From: Fibrobacterales bacterium | Lineage (GTDB): Bacteria; Fibrobacterota; Fibrobacteria; Fibrobacterales; JAOPTW01 | DNA length: 23,542 bases | Assembly: GCA_051532035.1 (NCBI GenBank) | Contig: JAOPTW010000043.1 | Location: 1-23,542, forward strand | Reading direction: 5' to 3' | Shown: piece by piece, positions 1 through 9,071 of the stretch | How positions within the stretch are numbered: the stretch's first letter is position 1 | How the letters are laid out: each line of letters opens with the position of its first letter | Notes under the pieces: model-generated | The model's input: only the letters and a program-made list of their open reading frames with translations | What the model was told of the DNA's origin: nothing | Databases searched by the model: none | Program-made: the position numbers and the translations under genes

Positions 1-257
1 GTCGGTGTCGTCCCGATGTAGTCAGTGAAGAGATGACGGGTAAAACAACTGAGTTGATTCGCTCAATGGCCGCATATAATAGGTCAGAGGATTTGATTAA
101 TATTGGTGCCTATGTTGCGGGGTCAGACCCCGATGTGGATCTTGCAATACAACGCATGGGTCCGATTAATGATTTTTTGCAACAAGGAATGGGAGAGAAA
201 TTTGGCCCCGTTGAGATTGAAGAGAGAATATTTGAGCTTGCAGGTATTCAAATTTAG
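1..257 (+). CDS. fliI: Flagellar export ATPase FliI, C-terminal part (5' truncated by window edge; codons start at nt 3)
   Basis: Frame is open from the window edge (RCRPDVVSEEM...). AAYNRSEDLINIGAYVAGSDPDVDLAI...INDFLQQ matches the FliI/YscN C-terminal signature, and a fliJ-like gene follows. Confidence 0.9.
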   Translation, partial: RCRPDVVSEEMTGKTTELIRSMAAYNRSEDLINIGAYVAGSDPDVDLAIQRMGPINDFLQQGMGEKFGPVEIEERIFELAGIQI

Positions 258-319
258 TGATGCTTGTAGGCTGGTGTAATGTGATGATTTAAACAATGGA
301 AGTACTATAAAGTAGCGAT

Positions 320-760
320 ATGAAAAGGTTTCGATTTAAGCTTCAAGCACTGCTCGGTTATCGTGAGAAACTGGAAGAAGATGCCAAAATGGCTCTTGGT
401 GAAGCGGTACAACTTGAAGCAACAATGACACGAGAACTCGATTCAATGGATGAAGAACGCCATGAGGTCGCACGGCAACAGGGTGCGTTACTGGGTATGA
501 ATGTTGGTGGTGAACACTATATGCAGTTTATTAATTATCAACAGGACCTCTTCCGCAGGATAGAAGAAAAGATAGGGGATATTCAACAACAGCGAACTGT
601 TGTTGAGGCAAAGAGAGTACTTCTTATACGGGCCACACAAAATAAGAAGGCGTTGGAAATTATACGTGATAAGAAAAAAGCTGAATTTAAAAAAGAACAG
701 AATGTTATAGAAACAAAATTTTTGGATGATATTAGTCAAAGAAAACGATTTCTTGAATAG
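320..760 (+). CDS. fliJ: Flagellar export protein FliJ
   Basis: 146-aa coiled-coil protein starting MKRFRFKLQALL and ending KKALEIIRDK...EQ...LDD, typical of FliJ; directly downstream of fliI. Confidence 0.88.
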   Translation: MKRFRFKLQALLGYREKLEEDAKMALGEAVQLEATMTRELDSMDEERHEVARQQGALLGMNVGGEHYMQFINYQQDLFRRIEEKIGDIQQQRTVVEAKRVLLIRATQNKKALEIIRDKKKAEFKKEQNVIETKFLDDISQRKRFLE

Positions 761-771
761 ATGATGGATGT

Positions 772-3700
772 ATGAAATATAGAGTATTGTCGGTAGCATG
801 TGTGATTGGAATTACCACTCTGCTCGCCTTTGGGGGTGAGCGTGTGATTGGTGGTGTTACAGGCAGTACTTTTTTAGATGATGGCGCCGCACCAGACTCT
901 ATTGGTATTGGTTGGCCTACCGATCTCTCCATACTATCTGATAGCTCTGACTATACTTCATTGATAGATACTATTATTGGTGATACTTCCGCTGCGGGCG
1001 GAAAATCTTCAGAGGTCTATCCACTTGTTGAAGCACGAGGGAATCATAAGTTTTCGGTACTCTATCTCGCTAAAACGGACCGTCCTTCTTCAGAGACCTA
1101 TATAACGGGTATTATTCAATCGATCTACCTTAAAGACTATAGCATCGATCAAGTTGATGTTCTCACCGATTCATTAAAGTCCGTCGCCGGCCAAGAGTAT
1201 AAGTTGATGGACAATACGGTCTCTCCTATAGTAACTCTTGATTTTGGTATTAATGCTACAGGGGATAAATGGTATGGATTGTGGAATTCAACGGGGACTC
1301 ATGCAAGAAAAACATGGGAAAACCAAATGCCGTTCCTTGAAAAGGATAGGGGTGAATACATTGATAGCCTACACAAGGATTACAGCACTTCACAACGGGT
1401 AAATATCGCGTCGACCTATACCGATGCTGCTGATACTGCACTCTATATTGGGTATGTTCAGAATATTATTTCACCGGCATCTGATAACAACTTAATACTT
1501 TCCAAAAACATCCTTCGATCAGGACTTGCAGCAGTAAACTCTACGGTAATTACGAAGGTGTATCCAACAACTGGAGCTACGTATCTCAATTCCCTTGATA
1601 TGACAATTGATGGGTCTACGGGCAATTTAGTAGTTGCCTATGGAATATCTGCTATTAGTTTAGTAGACCCTCGCACAGAGTTAAAGTTTCGAGTCTTTGA
1701 TTCTGACCTTAATGAGGTACGCGCCCAGCGTGATATTGTTGGGGAAGTACAGGCGACTCCACGGAATGGTGCACTGGGACCCAAAACTAAAGGTTTTGAA
1801 ATTGTTGACCTTGGAAATGGCGTTATTGGTATGGTGTATAGTAAATATCAGGCAAGTAATAATCGCAATGTCTATTTTCGGACCTATAATCCAACAACTG
1901 ATGATCTCTCTCCTGAAGTGCATATTTTTAGTGATGCTATCTATCCTTCACTCAGTGTCGATCCAACGAAAAGCCACATTGTTATCAGTGCTCTAAAAAA
2001 AATAAGTGGATCAGATTTTGATGATTTTGGTTGGAAAAATTTTGGTGGTTCTTTCTCTACCTATGAGATGTATCCTTATGGAGCTGTCTATGATTTGGAG
2101 CCGAGTAAAGATATCAATCCAGGTTCTGGGACTGTCTTTAAGGGTCAATTGACATCTGATCAAGTATCATTTACTACTGTAGATAGCGAATGGCGCCCAC
2201 TCTTCTTCTGGTCGAGGGTCGATAATGCAATTGATGAGCATAAAAATGCGGTCTTTGTTTATAATGATGAATACAATGCAAAAATTCTTGTTTATAAAGA
2301 TGTCGCAATTTACAAAGAATCGACACTCTATCAATCAGGAGTATTGCGCATATCTGATAGCTTTGATCCGGGAATTAAAAGTTTTGTAAATGGAGAAGAC
2401 TCGGTTAATGTTCCACTGATTGAATATGGATGCCCACCTTGTGATACCAATATTACGATGCTGTTCAATATGGCAAAGGTGCCGGGGTTTACGGCGTCGG
2501 TTCCTCTTACTACTAACTTTTTGACTAATGCAGTAATTACTAATCAGTTCTATGATGGTGATTACTACAGCTATTCGTTTGGCTTAAAATCGTATTTTGA
2601 TTACAAAAAAACACCAACCCTCGACTCTCTGCGGTTTACCTGGAACATTAAGCCTCAAGTTCCACGAGTTGACTCAGTAAAAATTGGTGCAAATGGTCCA
2701 TGGATTCTCGGTGCAGTATTTAATAATAGTCTTCGACAAGTGGTGAATCGTTTGGATACTGTTTATGTTGCAGTCTCGGCTTATGATCATGATAATATCA
2801 GTGGATTAAATATCTATGCAAAAAATGGAGCGGTTATTACCGACTCCCTTACGAATCTAACGCCCGCAACGGGTTCTTATCAAGGGGTGATAAAAATCGC
2901 TCCAAAAAACATTGTGAATAGTGCCTATACGTTAAAATTTATGGCGCGTGATCCTCTCGGGTGGGAGAGTACTGGGGGGCTGCAAGCAAATATGGATTCT
3001 CTGGTGTTAGACTACTATAATATTGCACCCGAAGTGATGGTTTCTGTTGTAGTGCCTCTTATTAATGGTACCGATTCCATTCGAGATACCATTGCACTTG
3101 GCGCAAGCTTCCCAATCAACGTGGGTGATACGGCATGGGTGACTCTCATGACCAAAGATTCAAATGATGCGACTCTATCAGTATGGTGGAATGATAGTGA
3201 CGTACTCTATGCCGATAGCACACTCAGTGCAGCTTCTGATACGACCTATCTCTTTCCCGCACTTCCTGGATCTATTGATCGTGATCCCCGGATTATCCCA
3301 TTGGTGGGGGTGGATACTATTCCCGATACAGTAATGGTCACTCTCAGTGATGTCGATGAGACTATCTCTTTTTGGTTTCGCCTAGTGCCCAATCATTTTC
3401 CACAGCTCGATTCAGTGATATCAATTTTACCGTGGGATATTTCGGGGGCAACTGTAGATGATACCATTGATATTAATAGTGATCCGGGTACGCTTTACTG
3501 GAATGATTTAACACATCCCGATCGTGAAGATCCAGAAATTGATATTCACCCCTTTATAAGTGTCAATCTAGAAGGTATTTCATATGATATTGATAGAGGC
3601 AATGGTGATAGCTCTACTATAGATTGGCGGTTTCTTCGTTATGATACTAACAATGTCTGTTGCTCGTTTGATAGTATCTATACGATACAACCATCGACGG

Positions 3701-5679
3701 GTGATACTATTGTACGTGATACGGTTTATCGCGGTGATGGGTTAACTCATCTTTTTGAACTGAATCCACCGGATGTTGAGATAACTACATGTGATATTGG
3801 TGGCGGGTGTATTTCTGATACCCTTAAAATAAAGTATCCTCGACTTGACACTCAACGCGCTGCAGAAGGTGATTTCTCAAATGCAAAGGCGAGCCTTAGA
3901 GGGATTGAACTTATTCTCAATACCGACGTAATGAAAGATACTATTCGCATGAGTCTTTTTTCAAAGGGCACGCGAGATTTAGAAGTCTTTTCTGTATTTA
4001 ACATTAATGGAATTGATTACTCTCCATGGCTCAATTACGAGATGAAATGGCAAGATCAATCGAAGCCTGTTATAACAAGAACCGATAGCAATCATCTAAA
4101 AAATCCCATTCGTCTGTTAGATGGTGATAGTCTCCTCTTTGATTTTTTCTGGGATGTTTCCAATGAAACTGGTGATAGAGTTCTTCAAGATACATTGCTT
4201 ATACAGTCAAATGATTTTTTTCAACCACTCTTGAAGATCCCGTTTCGTGTTGAATTTAATGACTTACCCGCTATCTCCATTGAACGTATTTCACCTGACC
4301 CTCTTGATACTACATTAATAGTACCAGTCACTTATGGGTCAGAGCCGGTCATTCCCGCATTTTCACAATTTCGCATTCATTTTTCTGAACCCGTCTCTAA
4401 GGTTGCCCTGGATGAGTATCTTAAAGTTTATTCACTCAGAGATAGTATTGCCTATTGTACTATTGTTCCTACGGATTCAGCATGTCTCATTGGAGCAATC
4501 CCAGAGAGGGCGCGGATGTATTCCAAAGCATTTTATGATGGTGAAGGTAGTTTTTATACATCAAATTTGGCTTATGACTACCGCGGTGATCCGGTACCAC
4601 TGTTTACCGATACCTTACTATTCACCCCCTATTATAATGTATGTAGTTTCGAAGGTATAACCCCGGCTCCTTATAATTTTATTAAAGGAGATGATATTCG
4701 AATATTTGTTTCTAATAATATCCGAGATAGCGTCGGTACTCGTCTGAATCTCGAAAAAGACTTTTTAAAAGATACGACGGAGAAGTCCATTATATATTCT
4801 GCAAAAATTAGTGCAGCCCCTTTTCAGGTTGTTTCTACTGTTCCAGAAACGGTGACAGCCTATAAGTATTCTACGGGAACTCCATTGTACAGTATTTCAC
4901 CAGACTCTGAGATTAGAATAAATTTTAATAATCGTATTGTGCGACAATATATTATAGGGTTTGATACTGCTCAGGCCGATACATTACGACCTATTGATTC
5001 TGACAGCTTAAAAGCGGGTACTAACCAGACCGTAAAGGTGCGTACCGCCTATAATAATTGGAAAGAGGTGGATTTAAAGTTTGTTAAAGGGACGCGTGGC
5101 GATAGTTCACTGGTATTGAAGCCTTTGAGAAAATTTTACTCAAAAGATACTGTTTTGGTTACTCTTGCTGATAGTATTATCGACACATGGGGGCGTTCCT
5201 TGGATGGAAATGGTTCCGGTGATGGTTCTTACCTCTATAAGCGCTATAGTTTTGGGTGTAAAGATACCGCTGTGCTCAATGACTCATATTCGTTTAGATT
5301 TGTGGTGACGCCGACGAGCTTTTATATCTTTCCCAATCCATTTGTATTTGAAAATAACCAACATACAGAGAAGGTCAATGACGATGGTGACCCCTGTATA
5401 GAGTTTAAAAACCTCAATACCATTAGTTCCAAAATTGATATGGATGAAGATATTGATATTAGAATTTACACGGTTCTCGGTCAGCTTGTATATAGCACTA
5501 AAAAGTTGAACATTAGCCCAAGCTTTAATGCCGACCCAGATTCTGGGGCGCTCCCCAGTTTTTGCTGGAATATGCGAAATAGTTTTGGACGCGAAGTTGT
5601 AACTGGCGTCTATATGTACACAATTGGCACCAAAGATGATGGTGTTTTGAGCAAGGGCAAATTAGCCATCGTTAGATAA
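772..5679 (+). CDS. Large secreted/surface protein (1635 aa) with Ig-like domains and a T9SS type A / FlgD-Ig-like C-terminal domain
   Basis: N-terminal signal peptide (MKYRVLSVACVIGITTLLAFG); beta-rich body; Big_5-like segments (IHFSEPV, FQVVSTVP...IRINFN, DTWGRSLDGNG); C-terminus IFPNPF...IRIYTVLGQLV...WNMRNSFGREVVTGVYMYTI...KGKLAIVR. Function unknown. Confidence 0.75.
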   Translation: MKYRVLSVACVIGITTLLAFGGERVIGGVTGSTFLDDGAAPDSIGIGWPTDLSILSDSSDYTSLIDTIIGDTSAAGGKSSEVYPLVEARGNHKFSVLYLAKTDRPSSETYITGIIQSIYLKDYSIDQVDVLTDSLKSVAGQEYKLMDNTVSPIVTLDFGINATGDKWYGLWNSTGTHARKTWENQMPFLEKDRGEYIDSLHKDYSTSQRVNIASTYTDAADTALYIGYVQNIISPASDNNLILSKNILRSGLAAVNSTVITKVYPTTGATYLNSLDMTIDGSTGNLVVAYGISAISLVDPRTELKFRVFDSDLNEVRAQRDIVGEVQATPRNGALGPKTKGFEIVDLGNGVIGMVYSKYQASNNRNVYFRTYNPTTDDLSPEVHIFSDAIYPSLSVDPTKSHIVISALKKISGSDFDDFGWKNFGGSFSTYEMYPYGAVYDLEPSKDINPGSGTVFKGQLTSDQVSFTTVDSEWRPLFFWSRVDNAIDEHKNAVFVYNDEYNAKILVYKDVAIYKESTLYQSGVLRISDSFDPGIKSFVNGEDSVNVPLIEYGCPPCDTNITMLFNMAKVPGFTASVPLTTNFLTNAVITNQFYDGDYYSYSFGLKSYFDYKKTPTLDSLRFTWNIKPQVPRVDSVKIGANGPWILGAVFNNSLRQVVNRLDTVYVAVSAYDHDNISGLNIYAKNGAVITDSLTNLTPATGSYQGVIKIAPKNIVNSAYTLKFMARDPLGWESTGGLQANMDSLVLDYYNIAPEVMVSVVVPLINGTDSIRDTIALGASFPINVGDTAWVTLMTKDSNDATLSVWWNDSDVLYADSTLSAASDTTYLFPALPGSIDRDPRIIPLVGVDTIPDTVMVTLSDVDETISFWFRLVPNHFPQLDSVISILPWDISGATVDDTIDINSDPGTLYWNDLTHPDREDPEIDIHPFISVNLEGISYDIDRGNGDSSTIDWRFLRYDTNNVCCSFDSIYTIQPSTGDTIVRDTVYRGDGLTHLFELNPPDVEITTCDIGGGCISDTLKIKYPRLDTQRAAEGDFSNAKASLRGIELILNTDVMKDTIRMSLFSKGTRDLEVFSVFNINGIDYSPWLNYEMKWQDQSKPVITRTDSNHLKNPIRLLDGDSLLFDFFWDVSNETGDRVLQDTLLIQSNDFFQPLLKIPFRVEFNDLPAISIERISPDPLDTTLIVPVTYGSEPVIPAFSQFRIHFSEPVSKVALDEYLKVYSLRDSIAYCTIVPTDSACLIGAIPERARMYSKAFYDGEGSFYTSNLAYDYRGDPVPLFTDTLLFTPYYNVCSFEGITPAPYNFIKGDDIRIFVSNNIRDSVGTRLNLEKDFLKDTTEKSIIYSAKISAAPFQVVSTVPETVTAYKYSTGTPLYSISPDSEIRINFNNRIVRQYIIGFDTAQADTLRPIDSDSLKAGTNQTVKVRTAYNNWKEVDLKFVKGTRGDSSLVLKPLRKFYSKDTVLVTLADSIIDTWGRSLDGNGSGDGSYLYKRYSFGCKDTAVLNDSYSFRFVVTPTSFYIFPNPFVFENNQHTEKVNDDGDPCIEFKNLNTISSKIDMDEDIDIRIYTVLGQLVYSTKKLNISPSFNADPDSGALPSFCWNMRNSFGREVVTGVYMYTIGTKDDGVLSKGKLAIVR

Positions 5680-5923
5680 TTCACATTGAAATCAACAAAA
5701 CCAAACCAATAAATAGTCATTTTTGAGTCATTAGAGGCTGATCGCCGTTATCAATGTTACAATGGAGCGCAAAGAAAAATTACAATTTTGAGTACAAATT
5801 GTAATCTAAACGTTTCTTTTATCACATTAAAATGGTATATTATGGGAAGTTACGTTATCGGGGTAACAGCAGGCGAGGCGAAGGCTTTTTACCTGTTATA
5901 ATGAGAACGTTATATTGATAACG
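5670..5923. promoter_or_regulatory. Cluster of six Rex-operator-like 16-bp imperfect palindromes
   Basis: 5670 CGTTAG-ATAA-TTCACA; 5746 CGTTAT-CAAT-GTTACA; 5811 CGTTTC-TTTT-ATCACA; 5853 CGTTAT-CGGG-GTAACA; 5894 TGTTAT-AATG-AGAACG; 5908 CGTTAT-ATTG-ATAACG (perfect). Same 6-4-6 geometry as the Rex core TGTGAA-N4-TTCACA, directly upstream of rex. Confidence 0.6.
5894..5902 (+). promoter_or_regulatory. Extended -10 sigma70-type promoter element for the rex-hyd operon
   Basis: TGtTATAAT, a perfect TGnTATAAT, about 50 nt upstream of the rex ATG. A second candidate, TGgTATATT, lies at 5833-5841. Confidence 0.55.
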
Positions 5924-5950
5924 AAAGAATGAACAACGAAGTGTGGAATT

Positions 5951-6598
5951 ATGGCAGACATATCACCAAAAAGTATCGAGAGACTTTGCAGATATAGAAA
6001 AGTGCTTCAGAACTATAAGAATAGTGACAAGCTCTATATTTTTTCCCACGATTTAGCGGTTGGGGTAAATAATTCGTCAGCACAAGTACGACGTGACTTG
6101 ATGGACCTCAGTGTAAGAGGCTCATCAAAAAAAGGGTATTTAGTTGAAGAATTCTTAAAAGAGATTAATGCAGTACTCAATTCGAGTACCGCACAAAGAG
6201 CAGGCATTATTGGTGTGGGCAATTTAGGTAGAGCAATTCTATCCTATTTCTCACGAGTGCGCATGAATATAACTATTGACGCTGCATTTGATGATGACGA
6301 GACAAAAATTGATAGAGTGATAGCTGGATGTAACAGTTATCATATTTCTCAGCTACAAACAATTGTAAAACGAGAAGCGATTAATGTAGGAATTATAGCG
6401 GTTCCAGGGTGTGATGCTCAGGCAATTGCTGATGATTTAATTGCAGCTGGAGTTAAAGGAATTGTTAATTTCGCACCAGTTCAATTAAATATTCCCAAAG
6501 AAATTTACTTAGAAAATATTGATATCACAATGACAATTGAGAAGACAGCATTCTTTGCATATAATCAAATGTCTAAAGGAGAAAAAGCAGATGGTTAG
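5951..6598 (+). CDS. rex: Redox-sensing transcriptional repressor Rex
   Basis: N-terminal winged HTH (IERLCRY...SHDLA...SAQVRRDL...KGY), Rossmann motif IIGVGNLGRA, C-terminal AVP...AGVKGIVNFAP; 215 aa. Confidence 0.95.
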   Translation: MADISPKSIERLCRYRKVLQNYKNSDKLYIFSHDLAVGVNNSSAQVRRDLMDLSVRGSSKKGYLVEEFLKEINAVLNSSTAQRAGIIGVGNLGRAILSYFSRVRMNITIDAAFDDDETKIDRVIAGCNSYHISQLQTIVKREAINVGIIAVPGCDAQAIADDLIAAGVKGIVNFAPVQLNIPKEIYLENIDITMTIEKTAFFAYNQMSKGEKADG

Positions 6599-7070
6599 TA
6601 CTATTCAGACAACAGGAGTAGACAACATTCTTGCCCAGTATGTAAATGCGGGTAGAGATAAGCTGATTCCTATTCTTCAAGAGGTCCAAGAAGAGTTAGG
6701 ATTTTTGTCTAAAGAAGCGGTGGTTCAGGTCGGTGAAGCCCTTAACTTGCCAGTGAGCAAGATTTATGGCGTTGCAACCTTCTATAACCAATTCCGTTTT
6801 AAACCTCTTGGAAAATATCACATTCAGATATGTCGTGGAACAGCGTGTCACGTAAAAGGATCTGAGTCAATTGTTACTGCTCTCGAGAACCTTCTTGATG
6901 TTCCAACGGGCGATACTTCTAAAGATGGACTCTTTAGTACTGAAGTTGTAGCGTGTATTGGGGCATGTGGGCTTGCGCCTATTATTGCTATCAATAATGA
7001 ATTTCATGCGTATGTTGATTCAAGTAATGTTAAAAAGATCATCAGAACGTATAAAAAGAAGGAAAAATAA
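6591..7070 (+). CDS. hydC: [FeFe]-hydrogenase NuoE-like [2Fe-2S] subunit (HydC/HndA)
   Basis: LIPILQEVQEELGFL, YGVATFYNQF, CRGTAC and CIGACGLAP motifs. Start reassigned to ATG 6591, which follows AAGGAG and overlaps the rex stop. Confidence 0.92.
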   Translation: MVSTIQTTGVDNILAQYVNAGRDKLIPILQEVQEELGFLSKEAVVQVGEALNLPVSKIYGVATFYNQFRFKPLGKYHIQICRGTACHVKGSESIVTALENLLDVPTGDTSKDGLFSTEVVACIGACGLAPIIAINNEFHAYVDSSNVKKIIRTYKKKEK

Positions 7071-9055
7071 TGGCTGTTGTAACTTACGATATACATAAGA
7101 ACTTGGATCTTATTCCAGTTGACACTAAAGAACAGTTTATTGGAACCGTGTTTTCTCCAAAAGAAGCAAAACTTTCTAAAGATGAACTTGATCAAAAATT
7201 TTCTGAACTCCGTGGTGAAAAAAATGTAAAACCAATCATCTATATTGGCGCTGGTACTTGTGGTATGGCTGCTGGTGCAGGTAAAGCATTGGAAAAAATC
7301 ACTGCGTATCTTGCTGATAAGAATCTTGATGCTGATGTAGTACGTGTTGGTTGTATTGGTCTCTGTACTTCAGAGCCAATGGTTGATGTAAAGCTTCCTG
7401 GTAAAAGTCGTCTCTCATTCCAACAGATCACAGAAGACAAAGTTGATGATCTTATGGGTGACATTTTTTCAAGTCAGGTGAGTGTTAATAAACTTCTTGG
7501 ACAGTTTCAATCTGCAAACGAAGAAGAGAACTGGGACAACTTGCCTTATATGCATGAACACCCATTTTTCAAAATTCAAGAGCGTGTTGTTCTAAAAAAC
7601 TGTGGTATTTCTGACCCAGTAAATGTTGATGAATACATTGCACGCGGTGGATATAGCGGCCTTCTGAAAGTAATTAATAACATGACTCGTGAAGAGCTCT
7701 GTAATGAAGTCGAAAAATCAGGCCTTCGTGGTCGCGGTGGGGGAGGATTCCCTACGGGTCGTAAGTGGAAATTTGCACTGGGCGAAGAGTCTGAGCAAAA
7801 ATATTTTATCTGTAATGCCGATGAAGGTGACCCAGGTGCATTCATGGACCGTGCAGTTATTGAGGGTGACCCTCATAAACTTGTTGAAGGTCTCGCAATT
7901 GCAGCATATGCAATTGGTGCAAATAAAGCATATGTGTATATTCGTGCAGAGTATCCTCTTGCAATTGCAAATCTTAAAGATGCTATCGCTCAAGCTAAAG
8001 AGTATAAGCTTATTGGAAACAATATTTATAATAGTGGATTTGATCTCGATGTCATCATTAAAGTTGGTGCGGGAGCATTTGTGTGTGGTGAAGAGACTGC
8101 ACTGATTCACTCAATCGAAGGTAAACGTGGTATGCCACGCCCTCGTCCACCATTCCCAGCGAAAAGCGGACTTTTCCAAAATCCAACGATTATTAATAAT
8201 GTAGAGACACTTGCTAATATTCCATCGATTGTTACTAACGGTGCAGAGTGGTACGCTTCTATGGGTTCTGAAACTTCTAAGGGAACAAAAGTATTTGCTG
8301 TTTCTGGTAAAGTTAAACGTGCTGGCCTTGTTGAAATCCCTATGGGTACTTCACTTCGCACAGTGATCTTTGATGTTGCTGGTGGTATTGAACATGATAA
8401 AGCGTTTAAGGCTGTTCAGTTTGGTGGCCCATCTGGTGGCTGTATCCCGACTCAACATCTTGACATCAACATCGACTATGAATCACTTATTGAAGTAGGT
8501 GCTATGATCGGTTCTGGTGGAATGGTTGTTATGGACGAAGATACTTGTATGGTTGACGTAGCAAAATTCTTTATGGGCTTTATCCAGCGTGAAAGTTGTG
8601 GTAAATGTATACCGTGTCGTGAAGGTACTCGAGTAATGCTCGAAATTCTTGAAGGTATGACAAAAGGTCGCGGTGCAGATGCTGAGAACCAAAGTTTAGA
8701 GCGTTTTAAAGGTGTAATGAATCTTGAACGTCTTACTGAAGTAATTAGTGCGTCAAGTTTGTGTGGACTCGGGCAAACAGCTCCAAATCCAATTAAATCT
8801 GCAATGAAGTATTTCAGAGATGAATTTGAAGCGCATATTTATGAACGTCGTTGTCCTGCTGGAGCATGTACAGAGTTATTGACATTTGAAATTATTGATG
8901 ATGCATGTACTGGTTGTACTATATGTGCAAAAAAATGTCCAACCCAGTGTATTGATGGTGAGAAGAAAGGCATTCATATAATAAATCAAGAAGATTGTAT
9001 CAGTTGTGGTGCATGTATGGATGTATGTGCATTTGACGCGATAAAAGCGTATTAG
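7070..9055 (+). CDS. hydB: [FeFe]-hydrogenase NuoF-like NADH/FMN subunit (HydB/HndC) with N-terminal thioredoxin-like domain and two C-terminal [4Fe-4S] clusters
   Basis: GLRGRGGGGFPTG, NADEGDPGAFMDR, GAGAFVCGEETAL, GGPSGG, ESCGKCIPCREG, SLCGLGQTAPNP; C-terminal CTGCTICAKKCP and CISCGACMDVC. TAATG overlap with hydC. Confidence 0.95.
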   Translation: MAVVTYDIHKNLDLIPVDTKEQFIGTVFSPKEAKLSKDELDQKFSELRGEKNVKPIIYIGAGTCGMAAGAGKALEKITAYLADKNLDADVVRVGCIGLCTSEPMVDVKLPGKSRLSFQQITEDKVDDLMGDIFSSQVSVNKLLGQFQSANEEENWDNLPYMHEHPFFKIQERVVLKNCGISDPVNVDEYIARGGYSGLLKVINNMTREELCNEVEKSGLRGRGGGGFPTGRKWKFALGEESEQKYFICNADEGDPGAFMDRAVIEGDPHKLVEGLAIAAYAIGANKAYVYIRAEYPLAIANLKDAIAQAKEYKLIGNNIYNSGFDLDVIIKVGAGAFVCGEETALIHSIEGKRGMPRPRPPFPAKSGLFQNPTIINNVETLANIPSIVTNGAEWYASMGSETSKGTKVFAVSGKVKRAGLVEIPMGTSLRTVIFDVAGGIEHDKAFKAVQFGGPSGGCIPTQHLDINIDYESLIEVGAMIGSGGMVVMDEDTCMVDVAKFFMGFIQRESCGKCIPCREGTRVMLEILEGMTKGRGADAENQSLERFKGVMNLERLTEVISASSLCGLGQTAPNPIKSAMKYFRDEFEAHIYERRCPAGACTELLTFEIIDDACTGCTICAKKCPTQCIDGEKKGIHIINQEDCISCGACMDVCAFDAIKAY

Positions 9056-9071
9056 GATTAGTGAGGAAATC

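Noticed and set aside
1..760. Injectisome (SctN/SctO) instead of flagellar assignment
   Set aside because: The second gene's MKRFRFKLQALL start is FliJ-like; flagellar is preferred, though only a fragment of the cluster is visible.
5320..5679. Calling the 1635-aa gene flgD
   Set aside because: Only the tail resembles FlgD-Ig; the size and Sec signal peptide do not fit a hook-capping protein.
6537..6590. ORF-track start for hydC at 6537
   Set aside because: It overlaps rex by 62 nt; ATG 6591 has an AAGGAG RBS and gives a normal NuoE length.
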